A stretch of 64,000 bases of DNA from Candidatus Dojkabacteria bacterium (GTDB taxonomy: Bacteria; Patescibacteriota; Dojkabacteria; SC72), in NCBI GenBank assembly GCA_012842045.1, contig DUTP01000006.1, positions 10,979 to 74,978 of the forward strand, written 5' to 3'. A program made the translations under genes and the position numbers. Below are positions 10,166 to 20,443 of the stretch, piece after piece. Position 1 is the stretch's first letter, and each line of letters begins with the position of its first letter. Under the pieces are notes generated by a model. That model had not been told where the DNA came from, searched no databases, and saw only the letters and a list, made by a program, of their open reading frames with translations.

Positions 10166-12601
10166 TTATGCAGGTGTATTGGGAGTAGGTTGAGATTTAG
10201 CCTCTTGTGTCTTCTGCTCTTCGATCTGTGCAGCTATAGCTTGAAAAATTGCAGGGTCAGGAGCTTCAGGTTCTTGGATTTCTTCTGTTGTAGTAGGAGA
10301 CACAGGTGTGGTAGGAGTAGTGAGCACACCAGGGGTAATGTCTTCTGGTTTTCTAGTTGACTTCACATTTTTCTCTTCTTCTACGTGAGTAGGTGACAGA
10401 ACTGGTGTGGTCATAGGTGTTGGTGTAGGGATAGTACTTTCCTCTTTGGTGGTAGGTTTCTGTACGTGTACAGTTGGTTTAAATACAGGTTCTTCTTTTT
10501 TTGTTTCCTCGGCAGGTGAGGATGTAGTAGAAGGAGGTACAGGTGTTGTAGTGGGTGGAGGAGTAGGGGCTGTTTCCTTTGGTTTTGTCGCAGGCTTTTG
10601 TACATGCACAATTGGTTTAAATGTAGGTTCTTTCTCTTTCTTTTTTTCCATTAGAGTAGGTTTAGTAGTTGAAGATTTTGGAGGTATATTAGTAGAATCT
10701 TTTTGTTGGGTAGGGATGAGTTCTTCCTTTTTTTCTCCAATATCAATATCTTTAGGAGCGGTATAATTATCTTTTTGTGTTACAGTTATATTCTTCTGCT
10801 TCACAGAGTTTACTTTTTTATGTATATCCTCATTAACGGTTGGGGTTACGTATTCTTCCTCTGTGTTATCCCTCTCTGGAGTATTTCTTGTAGAATATGC
10901 AGTGGCTTTTGTTTCTAATTTGCTTCCCTTTCCCCAGATGAGAGAAATCAAGATTGGAACAGCAATTGCCACTATGATAAGTAGGAAGCCAACACCTATT
11001 ATAAAAAGAGTTCTTTTACTTATTTCCTTGCCAAAAATTTTATAAGAAGAATCTTCCTCTTCGGTACTAGAACTAATTGTAAACTCCCATGATTTTTTTA
11101 CCTCTTTTCCTGAAGAATCTTTAAATGCTATTTCTGCTCTATGTAAACCATTCTCTAAATCTTCTTCAGGTTGATAGATTAATGTATACTCTCTCTCTGA
11201 CAGCTTATTTATCTTTATATTCTCAGTAATATCTTTGTCGTCTATTTTAAAAATAATACTATCTTCTTCTATCTCGCCTTTTTCACTGCCTATGATGGTT
11301 CCTTTGATAGTTACTCTTTTGTTTGTAATCTCATCAGTGGAGGAGGGGGACATATTTGTGACTTGTGGTTCCTGAAGAATAACTAAATCTTCTATTAGGG
11401 GTTTTCGTTGTTTTATAATTGGTTCTGGAATAATAGGGATTATCTCTGTAGCTTTGGAAATGATAATTTCTGGGGAAATTCCAATTCCTGTCTTTGGAGG
11501 TTTTTGATTATCTGTTGCTTTTACTATTAACTTGTATGTTCCTTCTTCTAATCCCTCCGTTGAAATATTCCTTGTACTAGTGTTGTACGGTAGGGATTCA
11601 CCCATTTTAATCCATGTTTCTTCATCAGTTGGGTTTTTAGACATGAAGAGATCAAATATTGGGATGTGATTTAAATCTGAAACATTCCACGAAGCCTTAA
11701 ATTCACTCCCATGATTAATTCTTAGAGAGGAGAGAGGGTTTGTTATTCTAATAATGGGGGTATCATTTTCAGACTGTCCTACACTTATTACCCAAGATTG
11801 GCTTCTAACATGCTTGCTATATCCATCGTGTATGACTACGTGTGCAAGATAACTAGCAGGTTTGTCAGGAGTTCCCTTAAATGTAACTTTGAGTTTACCA
11901 TTTGCTCCATCTTCTAAAACAATATCTTTTAACCAAGTGGCCTTTGGAGTAAAAGAGTAGAAAAAATTAATTCGATCTCCATCAACATCTTTTGCGGTTA
12001 ATGTATATGAGTACTGTACTCCAGTTGTGATATTTTGACTCGGTTTTGATGAAGCTGAGGGTTCTGAGGTAAATTCTGGTGCAGAGTTGTTCTCTATAGC
12101 TCGTACTCCTTTAATATTGTATGGGCTACTGATTTTACATTGAATTTTTGCATTGGAAATAGTTTCTATACTACCTAAGATATCTACAAGACCAGATTTA
12201 GTAGGAGTTAAGACAAAAGATGTGGCTATCTGCAAAGGTGCATTCTCAAAATTTTCGGAATGAATATCACTTCCCTCGCTATCTGTAATTTTTAAATTAT
12301 TAATACCATCACTTTCGAGTTTAGCATCTACTTGGACTCTTACACTTTTCCCAATTTCAAGAGTGTACGGATTAACATTTGGTAGAGAAATGATACAAGG
12401 ATTGGCCTGACTAAGTTCTAGTTCTTCAAAAGCCTTACTTCTTGTATCTAGAGTTTTTTGTATGACACCGTACAGAACAAAGGGTAGTGAGAGTAAAAAG
12501 AAAAGCGTTGTAATTAATACAGACTTTCGTTTAGATTCTTTTGTCTTAAATTTTCTGTTAGGCATTAGACTATAATACTGTTTATTTATTGGTTTCTGCA
12601 A
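10166..12601 (-). CDS. Large surface protein: N-terminal anchor, Ig-like domains, second TM, Pro/Thr/Lys-rich tail
   Basis: NSAPEFTS...YSYTLTAKDVDGD (cadherin/Ig-like), TM near aa 530-556 and a low-complexity tail. The likely start is ATG 12565. Confidence 0.7.
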   Translation of the reverse strand: MQKPINKQYYSLMPNRKFKTKESKRKSVLITTLFFLLSLPFVLYGVIQKTLDTRSKAFEELELSQANPCIISLPNVNPYTLEIGKSVRVQVDAKLESDGINNLKITDSEGSDIHSENFENAPLQIATSFVLTPTKSGLVDILGSIETISNAKIQCKISSPYNIKGVRAIENNSAPEFTSEPSASSKPSQNITTGVQYSYTLTAKDVDGDRINFFYSFTPKATWLKDIVLEDGANGKLKVTFKGTPDKPASYLAHVVIHDGYSKHVRSQSWVISVGQSENDTPIIRITNPLSSLRINHGSEFKASWNVSDLNHIPIFDLFMSKNPTDEETWIKMGESLPYNTSTRNISTEGLEEGTYKLIVKATDNQKPPKTGIGISPEIIISKATEIIPIIPEPIIKQRKPLIEDLVILQEPQVTNMSPSSTDEITNKRVTIKGTIIGSEKGEIEEDSIIFKIDDKDITENIKINKLSEREYTLIYQPEEDLENGLHRAEIAFKDSSGKEVKKSWEFTISSSTEEEDSSYKIFGKEISKRTLFIIGVGFLLIIVAIAVPILISLIWGKGSKLETKATAYSTRNTPERDNTEEEYVTPTVNEDIHKKVNSVKQKNITVTQKDNYTAPKDIDIGEKKEELIPTQQKDSTNIPPKSSTTKPTLMEKKKEKEPTFKPIVHVQKPATKPKETAPTPPPTTTPVPPSTTSSPAEETKKEEPVFKPTVHVQKPTTKEESTIPTPTPMTTPVLSPTHVEEEKNVKSTRKPEDITPGVLTTPTTPVSPTTTEEIQEPEAPDPAIFQAIAAQIEEQKTQEAKSQPTPNTPA
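10401..10645 (-). repeat. Two-copy ~40-aa coding repeat (EPxFKPxVHVQKPxTK...PTPxPxTTPV)
   Basis: KEKEPTFKPIVHVQKPATKPKETAPTPPPTTTPVPP versus KKEEPVFKPTVHVQKPTTKEESTIPTPTPMTTPVLSP. Confidence 0.8.
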
Positions 12602-13988
12602 GTTTTGAATTTATAGTAGTTTCTGTTTTCTTAAGAGTTGAAGTTACATCCCTGTTTCTTTCTGCTATTTCCGAGATAGCATCTTCGATAGAAGCTCTTA
12701 CAAAGTTTTCGTCCCCCCATTGCCATGACCTCATATATGGTGCCATTTTTGCTATTGCGTCTATATACGCTTTTCCCTTCATTTCATCTCCAAGTTCTGC
12801 GATGGAGTATGGTTCTCCAAATGCTCTCTGTCCAATACTAACTGAATTAGAGAACATTTTTAATTGTTGCTCTTTCTGTGTCATAAAATCAATAAACTTC
12901 CATGCTAACTCTGTGTTTCCGGCATTCTTACTTACAGCTTCGCCCCAATATGTTGCATAATATACTTCTTCCTTATTAGCTTCTAATTGTGGTAGGGGAG
13001 TTGTACCAAATTCAATGTTTGGAGCTGCTATTATAATGTCAAAGACTCTCCAGCTTGGAGCAATCATCATAGCTAATTTGCCCTGGAAGAACATTTCTAA
13101 ATCTTGTGGCAGACTCGTATCCCATGTACCATTTTGCCCTCTAGCAAAACTAGTATACGTTTCAAAAGCACTAACAGCTTTTGAGTTGTTTAATGAAATA
13201 CTGGTTCTTGTTTCGTCCATAAGTTCTGCTCCCTCAAGAAGAAGTAGGTATGCGATAATTTCTGAAGAGTGTTTAATGTTTCTTGAAACTCCCATTGCCA
13301 ATCCAGACTGTATAATTCTCTTGTTTTCATCTCTAATTGTTAGGTCATGAGCAAGCTTTACAAAAGAATCCCAGTCGCTTGGAGGTTTTTGTATATTAGC
13401 CTTTTTGAGGATTTGTTTGTTGTAATAGACCATGAGTCCATCAATACCTAAAGGAATAGCATATATTTTCCCGTCTTTTGCTGTAAAGTCGGCCAATGAC
13501 GTTGGATAGAATTTCTCCGCATAATCTTCTCTACTCATAATACTTGATGGAAGGGGAGCAAGATATTTGTAATATTTTGGTAACCATGTGTTATGTATTT
13601 TAAAGATATCTGGTGCTGGCTCAGAAGTCGAAACAGTTTGTTGTAATCTAGTATATATTCGAGATTCATAGTTAGAAAGACTCTGTTTGGAATAGTTGAT
13701 CTTTACTCCCGGATTGGCTTCCTCAAATTCATCTATGATTGGTTGCATGGTTTCCGCACTTTCCCATAGGCCCCAATATGTTAAAGTTTTTGAAGTACCA
13801 GAAGTTGGTGGAGTAGGTGCAGGTGAAGTGGTTTCTGTATTATTTACAGGTCCCGGTTGTACCACATTGCTCTTTTGTTTTTTCATTAGAAGTAATACCA
13901 CCATTATTATAAATAGGAGTAATGCAACTGCCCCAGCTATAATTAAGGGAAGCTTCTTTTTATCTGCTAATATATCTTTCAAACTCAT
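12582..13988 (-). CDS. Extracellular solute-binding protein, sugar ABC family, TM-anchored
   Basis: LTYWGLW, IDEFEEANPGVKINY, PDIF, GKIYAIP, YYNK, PPSDWD, FFQGKLAM. Confidence 0.85.
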   Translation of the reverse strand: MSLKDILADKKKLPLIIAGAVALLLFIIMVVLLLMKKQKSNVVQPGPVNNTETTSPAPTPPTSGTSKTLTYWGLWESAETMQPIIDEFEEANPGVKINYSKQSLSNYESRIYTRLQQTVSTSEPAPDIFKIHNTWLPKYYKYLAPLPSSIMSREDYAEKFYPTSLADFTAKDGKIYAIPLGIDGLMVYYNKQILKKANIQKPPSDWDSFVKLAHDLTIRDENKRIIQSGLAMGVSRNIKHSSEIIAYLLLLEGAELMDETRTSISLNNSKAVSAFETYTSFARGQNGTWDTSLPQDLEMFFQGKLAMMIAPSWRVFDIIIAAPNIEFGTTPLPQLEANKEEVYYATYWGEAVSKNAGNTELAWKFIDFMTQKEQQLKMFSNSVSIGQRAFGEPYSIAELGDEMKGKAYIDAIAKMAPYMRSWQWGDENFVRASIEDAISEIAERNRDVTSTLKKTETTINSKLAETNK

Positions 13989-14006
13989 TTTATTGTAAAA
14001 ATAAAC

Positions 14007-14801
14007 TTAAATTTTTCGCTCAGCTGTTACAATTAGTCTTTTAGTTCCAATACCGAGAGGCCAGCAAGTCATTAGAGTTATAGTCTCCTTGTTTCTAGAA
14101 TGCTTTAGTACGGAAAAATCAGTAGCTTCTACAATCTTTTTACTTCTAACTATGTACTTAAGATTAGAATCATCCCTCTTTATTACAATCTCCTGTCCTA
14201 TATCTATCCCATCCAATCTCGAAAATATCGTTTCTGGGTAATCCTTGTGCCGACTAAAAAAAGCTTCTACTGCACTATGTCCATAGATAAAGGAATTGCC
14301 ACCATCTCCAGGTACAGGTGTTCCTTTGAAATGGGCTACACCACTCTTAAGGTATTTGTTGTAAACTTCTTCATTGGAACTCTCTACATTTGGTGATATT
14401 TTGATGTTTTTAATACCAATACTTTCTATGGTAATATACATGTTTTTGTTATACTGCTCATCAACCTTTATAGGGACTTGTTTGTTGGTTTTAGCATTGT
14501 ATACAGTGGCAGCGCCAAGGACACCAAGTTGTTCAGATAGATTTGCAAAGTAGCTTCTGCCTGGGTCATAGTATGCGAACTCGTTCTCAACATATTTCTT
14601 GTATGCTTCTGGTACGGGCTCAGCTTTGATCTCTACTCGTTTCTGTGCAACTACACCATCAAGATATGAATGTAGAAGAGGAATCACTTGGCTTGCAATT
14701 ACAGCCAGACCTGAGAAAGAGAGTATCAATGATACTGCGAGTCTTGTATTTTTAACTTTTTTGACACTTTCCGTATCAATATTCCATCTATTATTATCCA
14801 T
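14007..14801 (-). CDS. Sortase
   Basis: GVAHFKGT.VPG, catalytic His (YGHS), TLMTC and Arg (TKRLIV); N-terminal TM. Confidence 0.92.
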   Translation of the reverse strand: MDNNRWNIDTESVKKVKNTRLAVSLILSFSGLAVIASQVIPLLHSYLDGVVAQKRVEIKAEPVPEAYKKYVENEFAYYDPGRSYFANLSEQLGVLGAATVYNAKTNKQVPIKVDEQYNKNMYITIESIGIKNIKISPNVESSNEEVYNKYLKSGVAHFKGTPVPGDGGNSFIYGHSAVEAFFSRHKDYPETIFSRLDGIDIGQEIVIKRDDSNLKYIVRSKKIVEATDFSVLKHSRNKETITLMTCWPLGIGTKRLIVTAERKI

Positions 14802-14865
14802 GTATCCATATTAGCAGATTTTTACTAATGGTGGAAACTTTAAGAGAAAGAAATTGAAATTTGTG

Positions 14866-14892
14866 GTAGCAATTGGCTTGATTGTCTGCTAA
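14866..14892 (+). promoter_or_regulatory. CIRCE-like operator overlapping the extended -10 of dnaJ
   Basis: GTAGCAATT-N9-GTCTGCTAA versus consensus TTAGCACTC-N9-GAGTGCTAA; the right arm runs into TGcTAAAAT. Confidence 0.6.
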
Positions 14893-14904
14893 AATATTTC
14901 AGTT

Positions 14905-16002
14905 ATGGAAAAAAGAGATTACTATGAAGTCTTAGGAGTGAGTAAAGATGCATCTGCTTCTGAGATAAAAAAGGCATACAGAAAATTGGTGAAGAAGTAT
15001 CATCCTGATACTAATAAAGAATCTGGTGCTGAGGAAAAATTTAAGGAGGTACAGGAAGCATACGAGGTGCTTTCTGATGATTCCAAGAGGAGTGCTTACG
15101 ACACCTATGGACATGCAGGGACAGCAGGATTTAGTTCTGGAACTTCTGGTGGAGGGTATACAGATTTTGGAGGTACTCCTTTTGATATGGGGGATATTTT
15201 CAGTACTATCTTTGGTGGAAATATGGGAGGTGGTTTTGGATTTGATTTTGGTACAGGAGGCAGGACTGCAGCTAGTAATGCTGGCTCAGACATTCGTTAC
15301 AGAATTAGATTGAAATTTCTTGAGGCAATGGAAGGTGGTGAATTTAAGGTAAGGATTACTAGAGACCATGCTTGCGGAAAATGTGAAGGTAGTGGAAGTA
15401 AGGATGGTAAGCAGAAAGTATGTCCTGTTTGTAATGGAAGTGGGCAAGAACAGCAAGTTAGAAATACATTTCTTGGACAGATGGCAGTAATGAGTACATG
15501 TTCTAAATGTCATGGTACTGGTTCTGTTGTTGAAGACCCATGTAGTGAATGTAAAGGTTCTGGAATTAAAACAGAGCAAGAGGAGATGAAAATCAAAGTG
15601 CCTGCGGGAGCATATGATGGTATGGTTTTAAGATTTAGAGGTGGTGGAAATACTGGAAGAAATGGAGGAAGTACTGGTGATTTGTATATTGAGATTGAAG
15701 TTGAGACTTCTATCGAATTTGAGAGGAGAGGAAATGATATCTATTCTGAAACTAGCATACCTGTATATACTGCAGTTCTAGGTGGAGTTATATCAGTTTC
15801 AACTATATTTGAAGATGTTAAACTTAAAATTCCTAAAGGTACACAGTCATCAACGATATTTAAGATAAAAGGGAAAGGTGCATATATTCTAGGTTCTCAG
15901 GATTCAAGAGGAGACCATTATGTTAGGGTAAACATTGATATCCCAACGAGATTAAGTAGGGAAGAGAAGAAACTTTGGGAGGAGCTATCAGAGATTAACT
16001 AG
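14905..16002 (+). CDS. dnaJ: Chaperone DnaJ
   Basis: J domain with HPD, G/F region, four CxxCxGxG motifs. Confidence 0.97.
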   Translation: MEKRDYYEVLGVSKDASASEIKKAYRKLVKKYHPDTNKESGAEEKFKEVQEAYEVLSDDSKRSAYDTYGHAGTAGFSSGTSGGGYTDFGGTPFDMGDIFSTIFGGNMGGGFGFDFGTGGRTAASNAGSDIRYRIRLKFLEAMEGGEFKVRITRDHACGKCEGSGSKDGKQKVCPVCNGSGQEQQVRNTFLGQMAVMSTCSKCHGTGSVVEDPCSECKGSGIKTEQEEMKIKVPAGAYDGMVLRFRGGGNTGRNGGSTGDLYIEIEVETSIEFERRGNDIYSETSIPVYTAVLGGVISVSTIFEDVKLKIPKGTQSSTIFKIKGKGAYILGSQDSRGDHYVRVNIDIPTRLSREEKKLWEELSEIN

Positions 16003-16028
16003 ATGTCATGTATTGATAAATAAAAATT

Positions 16029-16057
16029 TTGACCTACTTGTTTGATTGTGATATACT
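16029..16057 (+). promoter_or_regulatory. sigma70 promoter for nusA-infB (TTGACC-N17-TATACT, extended TG)
   Basis: TTGACC 16029-16034, 17-nt spacer, TGaTATACT ending at 16057. Confidence 0.7.
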
Positions 16058-16080
16058 GGTAGCGGAAAGTAATACGAAGG

Positions 16081-16110
16081 AAAGGGTGAGGATAAAACTC
16101 ACCTTTTTTT
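16081..16110 (+). terminator. Intrinsic terminator/attenuator in the nusA leader
   Basis: GGTGAG-gataaaa-CTCACC followed by T7, lying between the promoter and the nusA ATG. Confidence 0.7.
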
Positions 16111-16154
16111 CAATATATTGATTTTAAAGAAATAAATTTTAATAAAATAAATTT

Positions 16155-17318
16155 ATGTCAATGACATCAGAATTCATTACAGCAATTAATCAAATAGCAG
16201 CAGAAAGAGGAATAGACAAAGAAGAGATTTTTGTTGCTCTTGAAGAAGCTATCTTGGTTGCATACAAAAAAGAGAAATATGGTTTGAATATGCCGGAGGA
16301 AGAAGAACTTGCTAATTGGTCTGTTGAGCTTAGTAGGGAGAGTGGTGAGTTTAAATTGATAGCTACTAAAGAAGTTGTTAAGAAGGTTAAAAACAAAGAG
16401 AGGGAGATCTCAATATCTGAGGCAGAATTAATCTCTCCTAATATTGAGGTAGGTGATTCAGTACAGATAGAGATGCCTGCTGAAGATTTTGGTAGAATTG
16501 CAGCTCAAACAGCAAAGCAAGTTATCTTGCAAAAGATAAGAGAATCTGAGAAAGAAGCAGTTATCAGTGAATACAGTGATAAAGTTGGAGAAATCTTTAC
16601 AGCACTTATGCAAAGAATGCAGAAAGGTCAGGTTGTGTTTGAGATTGGAAAAGCAACTGCATACATGCCTCAGGAAGAGCAGATATCTAATGAGTTCTAT
16701 AGATTAGGTGAAAGATATAAGGTTTTACTTAAGGATATTGTAGATTCTCAAATGGTTGTTTCAAGATCAGATTCTAATTTTTTGGTAGGACTTTTTAAAC
16801 TTGAGGTTCCAGAGATAGAAAGCGGTGTGATAGAAGTAAAAGCCATTGCAAGAGAGGCTGGCTCTAGGAGTAAAGTTGCTGTTAGCTCAAATCAAGAAGG
16901 TATAGATCCAATTGGTTCATGTGTAGGACAGAGGGGAGTTAGAATTGCAAATGTAATGAATGAGCTTGGTGAAGAGAAGATTGACATTATAGAATGGAAT
17001 GAGGATTTAGAGAAGTTTGTAGAGAACTCATTAAGTCCAGCAAAAATAGATGATGTGAAGATAGATGGAGATACAGCAGTTGTTACAGTACCTAATGACC
17101 AACTTTCATTAGCTATTGGTAGAGAGGGTCAAAATGTAAGATTGGCATGGAAACTTACTGGAGTTAAGATAGATATTGTACCAGCAGATCCAGAAGCTTT
17201 AGAAGAAGAGCAAAAAGAGGATAAAAAGGAAGAAGTCGAAAAAACTGAAGAGGACAAAGAAGAAATTACAGAAGAAACAGTAGAAGAGAGTACTGATGAA
17301 ACAGCAAAGGAAGAGTAA
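16155..17318 (+). CDS. nusA: Transcription termination factor NusA
   Basis: FGRIAAQTAKQVI, LFKLEVPEI, AREAGSRSKVAV, DPIGSCVG, SLAIGREGQNVRLA; acidic tail. Confidence 0.97.
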   Translation: MSMTSEFITAINQIAAERGIDKEEIFVALEEAILVAYKKEKYGLNMPEEEELANWSVELSRESGEFKLIATKEVVKKVKNKEREISISEAELISPNIEVGDSVQIEMPAEDFGRIAAQTAKQVILQKIRESEKEAVISEYSDKVGEIFTALMQRMQKGQVVFEIGKATAYMPQEEQISNEFYRLGERYKVLLKDIVDSQMVVSRSDSNFLVGLFKLEVPEIESGVIEVKAIAREAGSRSKVAVSSNQEGIDPIGSCVGQRGVRIANVMNELGEEKIDIIEWNEDLEKFVENSLSPAKIDDVKIDGDTAVVTVPNDQLSLAIGREGQNVRLAWKLTGVKIDIVPADPEALEEEQKEDKKEEVEKTEEDKEEITEETVEESTDETAKEE

Positions 17319-17339
17319 TTTAATACTTTTAAATACAAC

Positions 17340-18902
17340 ATGGCAAGAAGTGGTAAAAAAATACAACAGAAGAAAAAAACAAGGACGCCAATTGTTACAA
17401 TTCTTGGGCATGTTGATCATGGAAAGACCTCAATTCTTGATAAGATAAGAGAGGCAGATGTTCAAAGCTCAGAGGCTGGTGGAATAACTCAAAAGGTTTC
17501 AGTTTTTACTGTAAATATTCCTAAAACAGAACAAGAAATTACATTTGTAGATACTCCTGGTCATGAAGCTTTTGACTTAATGAGAACAAGAGGTGGAAGT
17601 ATTGCAGATATAGTTCTTTTAGTAGTTGCTGCAAATGATGGAGTTCAGCCACAAACTAAAGAATCGATAGATATAATTAAAGAATCTACAGCAAAACCAA
17701 TAGTTGTAATTAATAAGGTAGACTTACCTGATATAGACTTAGAAAAGGTTAAGCGAGAGGTTACCAATGCAGGTCTACAGTTAGAGGGTTTTGGAGGTAA
17801 TGTCCCAGTTATTGAAGTTTCAGCAAGAACAGGGAAAGGAATATTAGAACTTTTAGATTTAATACTCCTTGTTGCTGAAGTTGAAGGTTTAAGAGAAGAT
17901 ATTAAATTACCTAAAGGAGTTTTGGGTAAAGCTTTTGTTTTGGAATCAGTAAAGGATGAATTCAAAGGCAATGTTTCCTCAATTGTTTTAGTGCAGGGTA
18001 ACATCTGTGAAGGGAATTGGTTTGGATACAAGGTAAATGAAAAACTGTATATAGAAAAGATTAAAGGTTTAATCACAGAAGAAGACCAAAAACTTTGTAC
18101 TGTAGAATGTGGTTGTGGTGGTAAAGTAATAGGTCTTTCACACTTACTAGAACTAGGAACAACAGGATTTATTCTCTCTACTAACAACATTAAACTCTTA
18201 GAATCAGTAATTAAGACAAAAGAAGAAGAGGAAAAAGAAGAAACAACAGAAGAAACAGAGATGAATATAGAGGACTTTTTCTTTGGTTCTGATGTAGAGG
18301 AAGAAGGAGAGAAACTAAAAGTTATAGTTAAGAGTTCTTCAGAGGGTTCTTTAGAAGCTATTAAAAATACACTAAGTCAAATTGTAGAAGATGACTATTC
18401 TGTAGACATAGTTGATTCTGGTGTCGGTAATATTACTCTTAGAGATGTTGAATTCGCTGAACTATCTAAGGCGATAGTTCTTGGCTTTGAAGTACAGGTA
18501 GAACCTGGTGTTGCAGATTATGCGAAAAAGAAGAAAGTTTTAGTTAAAACATATGATGTTATCTATAGAATCTTTGAAGAGATAGAAGAAGCTCTAGCAG
18601 TTCTCTCTTTACCAGAAGAAACAGAGGAAGAGATAGGTAGTGCTAAAATTAAAGCGATATTCACTCTGTCTGATGGTAGCAAGGTATTAGGTAGTAAGGT
18701 AGAAAAGGGGATGATGAAGAGAGATTGTAAGGTATATATTGTTAGAGATGATGAGATTGTAGGAGAAAGTAAGATTAAAAGTCTAAGGATTAATAAAGAT
18801 CAGGTTAATGAAGTAAAAAATGGTTTTGAATGTGGCATCCAACTGTTTGAAGAAGTAGATGCAATAGAAGGTGATAGCATCTTCTGTTATAAAAAGGTTT
18901 AG
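17340..18902 (+). CDS. infB: Translation initiation factor IF-2, N-terminally short form
   Basis: LGHVDHGKTS, EAGGITQ, DTPGHEAF, NKVD, GSLEA, EVKNGFECG; 520 aa. Confidence 0.95.
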   Translation: MARSGKKIQQKKKTRTPIVTILGHVDHGKTSILDKIREADVQSSEAGGITQKVSVFTVNIPKTEQEITFVDTPGHEAFDLMRTRGGSIADIVLLVVAANDGVQPQTKESIDIIKESTAKPIVVINKVDLPDIDLEKVKREVTNAGLQLEGFGGNVPVIEVSARTGKGILELLDLILLVAEVEGLREDIKLPKGVLGKAFVLESVKDEFKGNVSSIVLVQGNICEGNWFGYKVNEKLYIEKIKGLITEEDQKLCTVECGCGGKVIGLSHLLELGTTGFILSTNNIKLLESVIKTKEEEEKEETTEETEMNIEDFFFGSDVEEEGEKLKVIVKSSSEGSLEAIKNTLSQIVEDDYSVDIVDSGVGNITLRDVEFAELSKAIVLGFEVQVEPGVADYAKKKKVLVKTYDVIYRIFEEIEEALAVLSLPEETEEEIGSAKIKAIFTLSDGSKVLGSKVEKGMMKRDCKVYIVRDDEIVGESKIKSLRINKDQVNEVKNGFECGIQLFEEVDAIEGDSIFCYKKV

Positions 18903-18968
18903 TTCTAACTACTATTTTTCTAAGAAATGGAGTATTCTTTAGGTAGATAAATTTTAATCTGCCCAATT

Positions 18969-20393
18969 ATGCAACTTCAGTATCTTAAATTAGGTGACCA
19001 AGAAGTTTTTAATGGTCAATTTCTTTTAGCTGTATATAGAATTAGAGGAAAGGAAGGTATTCCCTTAGATGATATTGCAACAGAAGTCGCTGCAGAATCT
19101 TCAACTGGTTCGAATGTAAGAATTAAAGTAGCAACTCCATATTCTGAGAGTATGAATGCTAGGGTATATAGAATAGATGAAGCAAAAAATTTAGTTTGGA
19201 TAGCTTACCCTTGGAGAATTTTCGATAGAGGAGGTAATGTTCAGAATATAATTACTTTTCTTGCTGGTAATGTCTTTGGTATGTCTTCTTTAGAAGAGTG
19301 TAAGCTTCTAGATGTGTATTTCCCACCACAAATGTTAGTTCACTATGAAGGACCAAGTTATACAATCAAAGAGATGAAAGAATATCTTAATATTGATAAT
19401 AGGCCAGTATTAGGAACTATTATAAAACCAAAGATAGGTTTAACATCATCAGAATATGCAGAACTTTGTTATGACTTCTGGAGTGGTGGTGGTGATTTTG
19501 TCAAAAATGATGAACCTCAAGCAGATCAGGACTTCGCACCATTTGATTTTATGGTTAGAGATGTTAGATATGCTATGGATAGAGTTGAAAAGGAAACAGG
19601 TAAGACAAAAGTTCACTCCTTTAATATCTCTTCTGCGGATTATGACACTATGATAGAGAGGGCTGAACTTATAAGGTCTACAATGAAACCAGGGAGTTAT
19701 GCTTTCCTAATCGATGGTATAACTGCAGGTTGGATGGCTGTACAAACAATTAGGAGAAGGTATCCTGATGTATTCTTACACTTCCATAGAGCAGGTCATG
19801 GAGCTTTTACTAGAGAAGAAACACCTTTTGGCTTTACAGTCCCTGTGCTTACTAAATTTGCTAGGCTAGCTGGTGCTTCTGGTATCCATACTGGTACGGC
19901 TGCTGTCGGTAAAATGGCCGGTTCACCTAAAGAAGATATTATGGCTGCAAATCATGCTTTAAGACTTTTTTCTAAAGGAGACTTCTTTAATCAAATATGG
20001 GCAGAGATACCAGAAAAGGATGCTGATTTAGTAAAAGCAATAGAGATGGAAGAAAAAGGAGAAGACTATGAAGATCTTGGTTTGTGGAGAATTACCAAAA
20101 AGACTTGTCCAATAATCTCAGGAGGTCTTAATCCCACTCTAATTGGTGAATTTTTAGACATAATTGGAACTCGAGACTTCATTACAACAATGGGTGGAGG
20201 TGTGCATTCTCATCCAATGGGTACTAAATCAGGAGCAACAGCCGTATTACAAGCATACGAAGCATGGGAGAAGAAAATTCCTCTTGAAGAGTATGCAAAA
20301 GAGAAAGAAGAGTTAAGGGTAGCAATTGATTTCTTTGGGAAAAAGAAAGTGCATGCTCAAAACGAATCTGATGATGACAAGGATATTCACTAG
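18969..20393 (+). CDS. RuBisCO large subunit, form II/III-like
   Basis: AAESSTG, GTIIKPKIGL, GGDFVKNDEPQ, LHFHRAGHG, GIHTGT, GKM, ISGG, GGGVHSHP, plus a ~30-aa insert before WRITKKTCPIISGG. Confidence 0.93.
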   Translation: MQLQYLKLGDQEVFNGQFLLAVYRIRGKEGIPLDDIATEVAAESSTGSNVRIKVATPYSESMNARVYRIDEAKNLVWIAYPWRIFDRGGNVQNIITFLAGNVFGMSSLEECKLLDVYFPPQMLVHYEGPSYTIKEMKEYLNIDNRPVLGTIIKPKIGLTSSEYAELCYDFWSGGGDFVKNDEPQADQDFAPFDFMVRDVRYAMDRVEKETGKTKVHSFNISSADYDTMIERAELIRSTMKPGSYAFLIDGITAGWMAVQTIRRRYPDVFLHFHRAGHGAFTREETPFGFTVPVLTKFARLAGASGIHTGTAAVGKMAGSPKEDIMAANHALRLFSKGDFFNQIWAEIPEKDADLVKAIEMEEKGEDYEDLGLWRITKKTCPIISGGLNPTLIGEFLDIIGTRDFITTMGGGVHSHPMGTKSGATAVLQAYEAWEKKIPLEEYAKEKEELRVAIDFFGKKKVHAQNESDDDKDIH

Positions 20394-20443
20394 TACATAG
20401 TTTTTCTGTACTTGTATATTTCTACATCTTTGTGTTACAATCG

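Noticed and set aside
14811-14819. TTAGCAGAT as a second CIRCE half-site
   Set aside because: There is no partner arm at 9-nt spacing; it is better explained as the extended -10 (TGcTAATAT) of the sortase gene on the minus strand.
18969-20393. RuBisCO as evidence for Calvin-cycle autotrophy
   Set aside because: No small subunit, phosphoribulokinase or cbb genes in the window; form II/III is normally linked to nucleoside salvage.
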